Source: Anaeramoeba ignava BMAN (taxonomy: Eukaryota > Protista > Anaeramoebae). From it: a DNA stretch of 64,000 nucleotides. Under the pieces are notes generated by a model, which saw nothing but the letters and a program-made list of their open reading frames with translations, searched no databases and was not told where the DNA came from. This document shows, one piece after another, positions 14,222 through 25,540 of this stretch (its first letter is position 1; each line of letters opens with the position of its first letter). The DNA lies in assembly GCA_028826165.1 (NCBI GenBank), contig JAPDFW010000099.1, positions 1-64,000 on the forward strand, given 5' to 3'. The translations under genes were made by a program, and so were the position numbers.

Positions 14222-17200
14222 ATGAATGAAAACGAATCAAATAAATCAAATTTAACATCTGACAGTAGCATTTACAGTTCTGAAAAAGAAAAAGGAAAAA
14301 GAAAAGAAATTGAAAAAGAAACTGATGATGAAAAACAAAAAGAAAGAAAAAAAGGATTTGAAACTGAAACTGAAACTGATGATGAAATTCAAAAAGAAAG
14401 AGAGAAAGAAAAAATTGCAAAAAAACAAAAAACTGAAGAACTTTTAAAGAAATATAAACCTCGTCCTGGTTTTCTTGGTAATTTAAATGAAAAACAAGAA
14501 GAAGTAAAAAATTTTTTATTTAAATTTAAAATTAAAAAAAAAATTGATCAATAAAAATTTAATTATAAAAAAACCAAACATAAACATAAAATAAACATAA
14601 ATATAAATATAAATATAAATAAAATATAAATATAAACATAAAATAAACATAAATATAAATATAAATATAAATATAAATATAAATATACTATAAATATAAA
14701 TATAACCAAATATAAATATAAATATAAAATATAAATATAAAATATAAATATAAATATAAAATATAAATATAAACATAAACATAAATATAAATATAAATAT
14801 AAAATATAAATATAAAATATAAATATAAAATATAAATATAAATATAAATATAAATATAAATATAAATATAAATATAAATATTAAAAAAAAAAATAAAATA
14901 AATCAAAATATAAATATAAATATAAATATTAAATATAAATATAAATATAAATATAAATATAAATATAAATATAAATATAAATATAAATATAAATATAAAT
15001 ATAAATATAAATATAAATATAAATATAAATATAAATATAAATATAAATATAAATATAAATCTAAATATAAATATAAATATAAATATAAATATAAATCTAA
15101 ATATAAATCTAAATATAAATCTAAATCTAAATCTAAATCTAAATCTAAATATAAATATAAATCTAAATATAAATATAAATTCAGGCATTAAAACAATTAA
15201 GAAAAAAAGTAGAAGATGTTTTACCTGTGTTTCAAGGAGATTATAAAGAACAAGAAACTGATTCATATTTATTACGTTATCTTCGAGGAGCTCAATTTGA
15301 TTTAGAAAAAGCAGAAATTTTCATTAGAAATGAAATTAAATGGAGAGCAGAAAAAAAACCAGAATTAATTACAAAAGAATCAGTTCTTGAAGAATTTAAA
15401 ACAATGAAATTTTATAATTCTGGAGTTGATAAAGAAGGTAGACCTGTTTTAATTGTTGAAGTAGCTAGACACAAAAAAAACAGAACTACAAGTGAAGAAA
15501 TGATTAATTTGATGATTTATGTTACTGAAAATGCAATTAGCAAGTAATTATTTGTTAAATTCAATATTCAATTCAATTTAATATTCAATTCTATATTTAA
15601 TATTCAATATTCAATATTCAATATTTAATTCAATATTCAATTTATTCAATATTTAATTCAATATTCTATATTTAATTCAATATTCAATTCAATATTCAAT
15701 ATTCAATAAATTTAATTCAATATTAAATTCAAAATCTAAATATTCAAAATTTAAACCCAATTCAAAATAAATACTTACCCAATATTCAATTTAAATTCAA
15801 ATCTAATTAAATATTCAATTAAAATATAAATATTCAAATTCAGGCATTAAAATATTTAAGAAAAAATAGAAGATGTTTTTACCTGTATTTCAAGGAGATT
15901 ATAAAGAATTCACAAGAAATTGATTCATATTTAATACGTTATTCGAGGAGCCTCAATTCAATATTTAGAAATTATTCAGAAATATTCAATAGAAATGAAA
16001 TTAAATGGACCCAATTCACCAGAAAAACCATTCAATATTCATTACAATTCAAGAATTAATTCAATATTCACCAATAATCAATATAAAAACAATGAAATTT
16101 TATATTTCAATATTCATGGAATTGATAATATTTAACCCAATATTCAATATTTGTTTTAATATTTATTCAATATTCTAGACACAATTTTCAATATTTAATT
16201 TAATATTCAATATTCAACCAATTATTGAAAATTCAATTCAATATTCAATTCAATTCAATTCAATATTTAAATTCAATATTCACCAATATTCAATATTCAA
16301 TATTCAATATTCAATATTCAATCCAATATTCAATATTTCAATTCAATATTCAATTCACGTTATTCATATTCACCCAATATTTAATTCAATTCATATTCAA
16401 TATTCAATATATTCATTCAATATTCAATATTCAATTCAATATTCAATCAATATTAATTCAATATTCATTCAATATTCAATATTCAATATTCAATATTCAT
16501 TCCAATATTCAATATTTAATTCAATTCAATTCAATATTCAATATTTCAATTCAATTCAATCCAATTCAATTCAATATTTAATTTAATTCAATTCAATTCA
16601 ATTCAATATTCAAATTTCTTTTTATAAATTTAATTCAAATTTCTTTTCTTAGAATGGAATATCCTATTGAAAATGTAACAATCATTTTTAATGTTAAAAA
16701 TATGGGATGGTCAAATTTTGATTATTCTGGTTCCAAAGAAGGTGCTTTCATTTTAATGAATTATTATGTTGAAAGACTTGGAAAATTATTTTTCATTAAT
16801 ATGGGTTGGATTTTTTCAACTTTGTATAAAATTGGGAAATCATGGATTGATCCAGAAACTCAAACAAAAAGTAAATTTTAAAAATTTTAAAAATTTTAAA
16901 AATTTTAAAAATTCTTAAAAATTTTAATTTTGCTTTTTAGTTTTTCTTGAAATCAAATTTTCTTGATACTTTTAAAAACAATATATTGATGAAGATTCTA
17001 TTCCTAAATCTCTTGGTGGAAAATTCCCAGATCCAAAACCAATTCCAAAAAGAAAAACAAAAACAACTTCAAGAAGAAAAAAAAGAAAAAGAAAAGAAAG
17101 AAAAAGAAAAGAAAGAAAAAGAAGAAAAAGTAAATACAAATCAGAAATCAAAAAGTTTTTCTTCAGATAAAGATAATAAACATGATTCTGATGATGATTC

Positions 17201-17240
17201 TGATGATTTCGAAAGTATGCAAAGTGATGATGAAAAATAA
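14222..17240 (+). CDS. Sec14/CRAL-TRIO lipid-binding protein, 4 exons
   Basis: Exons 14222-14503, 15185-15543, 16653-16870, 16941-17240. Motifs PGFLGNLNEKQEEALKQLR, DSYLLRYLRG, GVDKEGRPV, YYVERLGKLFFIN, WIDPETQ, YIDEDSIPKSLGG. Confidence 0.9.
14504..15184 (+). repeat. Intron filled with (ATATAA)n
   Basis: GT at 14504, CAG at 15182-15184, phase-0 join. Confidence 0.88.
15544..16652 (+). repeat. Intron filled with (AATATTC/AATTC)n and containing a degenerate exon copy
   Basis: GTAATT at 15544, AG at 16651-16652, phase-2 join giving K-M-E-Y-P. Confidence 0.85.
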
Positions 17241-17454
17241 AAATAAGATTTTAAGAAAAAATGATTGAATCAAATTTTTTAAAAAGAAAAAAATTTAAGT
17301 TTAAAAGAAAAAGCAATTTAAAATTTTTTTTTTTTTTAGATTCATTTCAATTTCATTTCAATTCCAAAATCAATTCCATTTTTTTTTTTGCTTTTTTTTT
17401 TTATTTCATCAATCCAAATTAAAAGAAAAAAAAAAGATTAAATGAAGAAGAAAT

Positions 17455-17998
17455 TTTTAATTTTGATTTTAATTTATTTTAAATTTGATTTTAAATTTGA
17501 TTTTGATTTTAATTTTAATTTTAATTTTGATTTTGATTTTGATTTAGATTTTGATTTTGATTTTAATTTTAATTTTAATTTTAATTTTAAATTTAATTTT
17601 AATTTTAATTTTGATTTTGATTTTGATTTTGATTTTGATTTTAATTTAGATTTTGATTTTGATTTTGATTTTGATTTTAATTTTAAATTTGATTTTAATT
17701 TTGATTTTGATTTTAATTTTGATTTTGATTTTAATTTTAATTTTGATTTTAATTTTAATTTTAAATTGATTTTAATTTTGATTTTAATTTTAAATTTGAT
17801 TTTAATTTTGATTTTAATTTTGATTTAGATTTTGATTTTAATTTTAATTTTGATTTTGATTTTAATTTTGATTTTAATTTTAAATTTGATTTTAATTTTG
17901 ATTTTTATTTTTGATTTTAATTTTGATTTTGAATTTTAAATTGATTTTGATTTTGATTTTGATTTTGATTTTAAATTGATTTTGATTTTGATTTTGAT
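17455..17998 (-). repeat. (AAAATC/AAAATT)n array between convergent genes, oriented with the minus-strand gene
   Basis: Visible TTTTGA/TTTTAA hexamer array. Confidence 0.92.
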
Positions 17999-20900
17999 TC
18001 AAATAGCAAAAGGAACAAAAACAGCAACAGTAAAAGAAAGAGGATTATTGTTTAAATCTTTAAGAGGAGAAATTCTAATTTTAGAAAAAGGACCAAGAGA
18101 AGTATGGTCAACAGAAATAGAAAAAGGTTTTTGAGATTCAATTTCCAACTGACTAATATGAAGGGGAACAATAACATTGATATCCCTATCATGTTTTTTT
18201 GCTTTTGAAATTCTTTTATCTTGTTCACTAGTGACCAAATAGCATTCCAAAGAGCGGTTAAAAGGGCAAGCAACATAACCAGATTCAGCAGAAGAGGGGA
18301 TATTTTTGACAATAACGGAATAGTAAGTACCTTGAGAAGTGGGGGATACTTTATAAGGAATTCCGTCAGGATTGATGTCGATCCATTTGAGAGATAAATC
18401 AAGATAAGTGATCCTATTCCGCGTGTCTTTGGGGGCAAGAACATGGACGTTTTGAATAAATGGAATTGTGATATCTGGAGCTGTTTCCACATTGGGACGC
18501 GGCGGTTTTTTCCAGCATTCGCATGTGTAAATGGTTATTTCTAAGTATTGATGAGCATTGCGGAAATATCCTTCTATTGTTTCAAAAAGAAGATCTCCTT
18601 GTGTCGGGTTTTCAAATGTGGATTTTGTTGTTTTTCCTTTTTCGGGAAGTGATAATCCAGGTAAAACCCCTTTTTCTTGGATGTTCATCGTCAGAATGTT
18701 TGATGTTTGTGCGCCGATATTCGGTTCTTCTGTTAGTGAAGGAATTAGTTTAAATGGTATTTGACTCCTTAAATTTACGTTTCTATGATATATTCCATCA
18801 TATACTGATAAATATCTAGAAACTCGACAATCTTCACCAATTGGAACTAAATAGAAAATGAATTGTATTTTTCAATTTCAAGAGTTTTATCAAGTTAAAC
18901 TTTTGCAGAATATTTTAAATATTATAAATTTTAATTTTAATAAATTTTAATTTTAATAAATATTAATTTTAATAATAAATTTAATTTTAAAAAGGATATT
19001 TGTTTTTTCCATAAATGCATTTTTAGATAATTTTAGACACGCATAAGTAATCAAAATTTGTTGAATTGTTCCATCATTTCCTGCAATACAAATTTTAAGT
19101 GTTGGACTTCATTGTTTTTTTTTTTGTTTTAAAAAAATCAATCATAAATATATTTAAATTCTTAAAAAATTAAAATTATTTCCTACTTAAAATTTGGAAT
19201 ATCTTTATATTGAGCTTCAATATTAGTAAGTTCTTTTTCAAATTCTTGAGTAAAAGGTAATTTAGGAAACATATGTGGCTTAGCAGTAAAATTTGAAATT
19301 GATCCTTGTGGAGGAATAATAAAATGATTAATAGAAAGTGGACCCAATCTATTAAATATTTTAGTTTGAATTTTAGAGTTTAAAGAAATTTTGTTTTAAA
19401 AATTGCTTTTTCTTTTTGTTTATAATTTTCCAACCTTGAATTGGTACTTCTTCAGTCCAATATTCATCTTTCATAATTGACTTTTTCAAATTTTTGTTGA
19501 TAAAGACACCCTGAATTCTTTTTAATTTTACTTAATAATGGCATAAATCTGTTATTTAAAATTTCTGTTCTTTTGTTCTGCTGATTTTTTTTTGTGTCAT
19601 TTTGACAACTTCATTAACAGTATTCATAACAACTGAGAAATAATAATCAATTTCACTTGAATCAATGCATTGCTCAAGAGAATGTAAATGTGGAATATTT
19701 CCAAATGAACTCAGTAAAGTGTCTAAAATTTTTCATTTTGAGTTTTTCATTTTAAATTTTTCATTTTAAATTTTTCATTTAATTTAATAAACTACGTTTT
19801 AATAAATGAATTTTCATGATCTCTTCTGGAATATCTTCTGAAATTCTTGTTCCAAGAACAGATGAAAATATTAATCCTTTTTGGGAATGAAACATCAATA
19901 AAAAGATAATGAAAAGTTAAACAATCCAAATTTTCTTTTGCTATTTCTGGATTTTTCTTCCACAAATCTTTTGCCTTTAAAAGTTGACCAGGAACTTTAA
20001 TTCTTCTTCAATTATTCCAAGTGTTTCCTAAAAATAAAAATAATTTTTCAATTTGATTTAAATTCAAAAATTCCTTTGTTTTTGCTTGGAATTTACTTGA
20101 GCGAATGTTCCATATGGATTGGGTGATAAAAAGTAAATTTCTTAATACTTTTCTGTATGATTTTAGCAGTTCTCGATTTGTTATTGGATACTGATATATC
20201 ATTTTGTTTTTGTTTTTGTTTTTGATAAATAATAATAAAATATTAAATTTTCTTTTTCTTTTGAAGTAAATTTTCTAAAATAAATCATACAATTGCAATT
20301 AATGATTGAAGAAGCCACAATGTTGCTAATAATTTTGAATTTTCTTTGTATACTTTAAGGAAAAAAAGTAAAGTATCATAAATTGTATCAACATATTTTC
20401 CCGAATATAATAACTTGCGAATATAAAGGTAAATCAATCCATAAGAATCTGTTTTAAATAATGCATTTTAATTTAATTTTTAAATAATAAATTTTAATTG
20501 AATTTTTAAATAATAAATTTTAATTTAAGTTTTAAATAATAAATTTTAATTTAAGTTTTAAATAATAAATTTTAATTGAATTTTTAAATAATAAATTTTA
20601 ATTGAAATATTCTACATTCTTCAATTGGAAGATTTGGTGGAATTTTAGGAAATCCAATAATTCCTGTATAATTTTGAACAGATACACAAAGATCAAGAAA
20701 ACGAATTAATGATTGTTTTGATTCTCGATAAGGTGGTGAAAGAAATTGAATTAGTTCAGTTTTAATATTTTTAGTTCCACATATTGGATCTGTAGTACAA
20801 AGTGTTTGTGTTTTTCCAGGTAATAAATCAATATTACATTTCCAGATCTTGTAAATATTATCCAAATGTTCAACATTTTCAAAGGAATAAAATAATGCAA

Positions 20901-21868
20901 GATAAAATGCAGTTAAGGCAATCCTATCACTTAAATTTTCTTTTTAATTTTCAAAATTTTAATTTTTAATTTTCAAATTTTAATTTTATAAATTGAATTT
21001 TAATTTAATTTTAATTTTATAAATGAATTTTAATTTAATTTTAATTTTATAATTTAAATTCTAATTTTAATTTTATAAATTTAAATTCTAATTTTAATTT
21101 TATAAATGAATTTTAATTTTATAAATTAATTTTATAAATGAATTTTAATTTAATAAATTGAATTTTAATTTTATAAATCAATTTTAATTTTATAATTTAA
21201 TTTTAATTTTATAAATTTAATTTTAATTTTAATTTAATTTTAATTTAATTTTAATTTAATTTTAATTTTATAAATGAATTTTAATTTTAATTTTATATTG
21301 AAATGCTTTTTACTCACCAAAAAAAGGTTGATTTTTAACAGATCCTTTCATAGTATAAGAACCCTTTAAACCAAGATAACGATTAAAAATTTCATTTAAA
21401 TCAATTTGATTAACCAAAAAAGATTGATTTGATTTTATTTGAGAATCAAAACTAATATTCTTTTTTTGAATTTTATCCTTTTTATCTTTCTTATCTTTTT
21501 TTTGAGGTTCAATTTCTTGAGAAACATCAACAACTTCATTAATAGAATCTTTAATTCCATTGATAACATGAACTAAAGTTTCTTTATATTTTAAATCTTC
21601 AAATTGTTTTTGAATCTGAAGATAATTTTTGAACTTTTGTAATTAAATCTGCCATTGAAGTCACTATATTTGTTTGTCCTGCTTCAATAAAATAATAATT
21701 TCATTAATAAAATCCCTAAAAATCCTCCTGCAAATTCTGGGTTTCCTAAATTTGTCCAAAATGTTAAAAATTTTGAAGTGTGATTTTTGTGTTGAATTGA
21801 TTGATAATTGATCGTTGATTATGTTTTTGTGTTGTTCATCAACTCCCTAAATATTTATCTAAAGACAT
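17999..21868 (-). CDS. PI3K class IB regulatory subunit p101/p84 (PIK3R5/6)-like protein; C-terminal half also PACS-like; ~9 exons
   Basis: Hand-spliced at GT-AG sites, with several homopolymer frameshifts corrected. Motifs LLLSPNPYGTFAQ|ETLGIIEEELKVPG, PTLKFCIAGNDG, FYLVPIGEDCRVSRYLSVYDGIYHRNV, DLLFETIEGYFRNAHQYLEITIY, IPFIQNVHV, PFSISVD..KIRISP..SFTVAVF are colinear with p101 motifs as I recall them. Confidence 0.65.
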
Positions 21869-22099
21869 TTCTTTTTGTTTTGATAAATGAAAAATGAAAA
21901 ATGGAAAAATTAAAATTAAAAATTAAAATTTAAAATTAAAATCAAAATTTAAAAATTAAAATCAAAATTCAAAATCAAAATTAAAATTAAAATCAAAATT
22001 AATTCATAAACAAGAACGTCATTTGTTATTGTTATTTTGATTATTTTTATTTTTATTTTTCATTTTTCATTTTTCATTTTTCATTTTTCATTTTTCATA

Positions 22100-25000
22100 A
22101 TGGATTTTTATACAAAATGTCCACGTTGTGGAAATGAAGTTTTAGATGAAGCAAATAATACAATTTATTGTCTTGAATGTGGTTTTGTATGTTTTTTATA
22201 TTTAAAATTAAAAAATTAAAAATTAAAATTAAAAAATTAAATTAAATTAAATTAAAAATAAGATTTTGGAAGAAAAGTACAATTGTTTCTGAATTAACTT
22301 TTATGTCAGTGATAAAGACGGCAAACAATCTGTTGATGGACAATTTGTTTCTAATTCAGGTATTTTTATTCTTAATTTTTATTTTTAATTTAAAATTTTT
22401 TTTAAATTTCTTTAATTTTTTTTAAAGGAATTGTTATTGGTGATAATGGAATTACAATTTTAAATGCCGCACGTGAATTTTGCTCTTCAAAATGGTAATA
22501 TAAATTTAAAAATTAAAAATTAAAATTAAAATTAAAATTAAAATCAAAATAAAAATTAAAATTAAATTTAAAATTAAAATTAAAATTTAAAATCAAAATT
22601 AAAATTAAAATTAAAATTAAAAATCAAAATTAAAAATTAAAATTAAAATTAAAATTAAAATTAAAATTAAAATTAAAATTAAAAATAAAAATTAAAATTA
22701 AAATTAAAATTAAAATTAAAATCAAATTTAAAATTAAAATTAAAATCAAAATTAAAATTAAAATTAAAATTAAAAATTAAAATTAAAATTAAAATTAAAA
22801 TTAAAATTAAAAATTAAAATTAAAATTAAAATTAAAAAGCAAGAAGAGAAATTATGAAACTTTTGCAGAAGATTTATCAATTAATGAAAGTTTTGCTGAA
22901 CAAGCTGCACAAATTTATGCACTTGCTTCTGAAAAAGGATTTATTCGAGGAAGAAAATCAATTCATGTTTGTGCAGCTTGTCTTTATGCAATTTGTAGAA
23001 AAAATGAAACAAGTCGTAAATTTTAAAATTAAAATAAAAATTAAATTTTAAAATTAAAATTAAAATTAAAATTAAAATTAAAATTAAAATTTAAATTAAA
23101 AATTAAAATAAAAATTAAAATTAAAATTAAAATTGAAATCAAAATTAAAATTAAAATCAAAATTAAAATTAAAATTAAAATTAAAATTAAAATTAAAATT
23201 AAAATTAAAATTAAAATTAAAATCAAAATTAAAATTAAAATTAAAATTAAAATTAAAATTAAAATTAAAATTAAAATTAAAATTAAAATTAAAAATTAAA
23301 ATTAAAATTAAAATTAAAATTAAAATTATAATTAAAAAAGATATGTTAATTGATTTCTCTGAAAAAGTGCAAACAAATGTTTATTATTTGGGTCATGTTT
23401 TTCTAAAACTTAGATCATTAATTCCATTAAGAGAAATTAAATTGGCAGATCCTTCATTATTTATTCAAAGATTTGCATCAAAATTAGATTTTGAAAAACT
23501 GTTCTTAGCAAAAATACAGCTCTTCAAAGTTGCAAGAATGAAAAGAGATTGGCTTCAAATTGGGAAGAAGACCAGCTGGAATTTGTGGAGCTGGTATTAT
23601 TATTCTTATTCTTATTCTTATTTAAAATTTTAATTCAATTTTTATTTAAAATTTTATTTTAAAATTTTTAATTTGTTTTTAGCTCTTTTTTATTGCTGCT
23701 AGAATTCATGGATTTAAAAAGAACAACTAATGAAATTACAAATGTTGTTGGTGTTGCTACAGATACAATTGCAAAAAGGTTAAAAATTAAAAATTAAAAT
23801 TAAAATTAAAATTTAAAAAAAAAAATAAAAATTTTAAAAAAATTAAAATTAAAATTAAAATTAAAATTAAAATTAAAAATTAAAATTTTACTAAAATTAA
23901 AATTCATTTTAAAAATTAAAATTAATTTAAAATTAAAATTAAAAATAAAAATTAAAATTAAAATTAAAAATTAAAATTAAAAATTAAAATTAAAATCAAA
24001 AATTAAAATTCATTTTGAAAATTAAAATTAAAATTCATTTTGAAAATTAAAATTAAAATTAAAATTCAAATTAAAATTTAAATTAAAATTAAAATCAAAA
24101 TTCATTTTGAAAATTAAAATTAAAATTAAAATTAATATTAAAATTCATTTTGAAAATTAAAATAGATTATCAGAATTTTGTCGTACAAATGCAGCAGATT
24201 TAACACTTGAAGAATTTAATAACATGGAATTCAAAACTTTTTTATCAATTCCGTCAAAAAAAAATACAGAACAATATCTTTGGAGTCAAACAAATTATGA
24301 TAAAAAAATAACCCAAAAAAAATCCAAAATTCAAAATGAACCAGTTGAAGAACCAAAATATTTACTTTTTGATAAAGAAATTCAACAAGAAATTGAAGAA
24401 ATCTTACATAATGAGAATTTTTAGATAATAAAGATTTTGAATTGATCCACATAAAGGATTTATTCTCAAAAACAACAGAAATTCAAAAGAAAATTGTTAA
24501 AGAATTTGTTAAATCTCAAGAAGTTGAATATAAAAATACTATTGAAAAAACAAAAACAGAAAAAGAAAAAAATATTATTAAAGAAATTGAAGATCAAACA
24601 ACTGAACAATTAATTATTAATTTTGGAGAAAATTTACCAAAAAATAGATTTAATAAAATGCATTATTTTGGAGATGAAGATGAAAATGAAGATGAAGATG
24701 AAAATGAAGATGAAGAAAATGAAAATGGAAATCTTGAAGATGAAATTGAAAATTTTATTGAAAATGAAAATGAAAATGAAAAATGAAAATGAAAATGAAA
24801 AGAAAATGAAAAAGAAAATCAAAATCAAAATGAAAATGAAAATGAAAATGAAAATGAAAATGAAAATCAAATTGAAAATCAAAATCAAAATCAAAATGAA
24901 ATTGAAAATCAAAATCAAAATCAAAATCAAATTGAAAATCAAATTGAAAATCAAATTGAAAAAAAAAAAAAGAAAAATGTAAAAAAAATTTTATGAAAAT

Positions 25001-25413
25001 TTTGATGATATTGATGATAAAGAAATTGAACAATTTATTTTAACAGAAAAGAATATGAATCAAGAAAAAGAGTTTGGGAAAGACTTTATCAAGAATATGT
25101 TGAAGAAGCACAAGAAAAGCGAAGAATAAAAGAAAATGAATTATTAGAAAAACAACAACTTGGAAAAAGAGGAAGAAAAAAAAATGCGAATTTAAATCAA
25201 AAAACTCGATCAAGTCGAGTTAATAATTTTTTGAATGAAGATTCTTTTACTCAAGATTTTACTAATCAATCTTCTTTTCCAAATAAAGGAGACTCTTTAA
25301 AAGAATTTGGTAATTTTGATTTGGAACAAGAAATTTTAAATCAAGATTCTTATGGAAATTTATTTGGTTTTAAAACTGGAGAAGAACAAAATGATATTTC
25401 TTCTGATTATTGA
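22100..25413 (+). CDS. BRF1: Transcription factor IIIB subunit Brf1
   Basis: Zn ribbon CPRCG..YCLECG; IRGRKSIHVCAACLYAICR; HMLIDFSE; DPSLFIQRFA; RMKRDWLQIGRRPAGICGA; KRLSEF..LTLEEF; C-terminal DIDDKEIEQFILT. Several GT-AG introns and homopolymer frameshifts. Confidence 0.93.
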
Positions 25414-25540
25414 AAACAAAAGAAAATATTTTTCTTCTTTTTTTATTTTTTTTATTTTTCTCCTTTTTATTTTTGTAATAAAAAAAAATTAAAAAAAAAA
25501 TTTCATTTTTCATTTTTCATTTTTCTTTTTCTTTCTTAAA

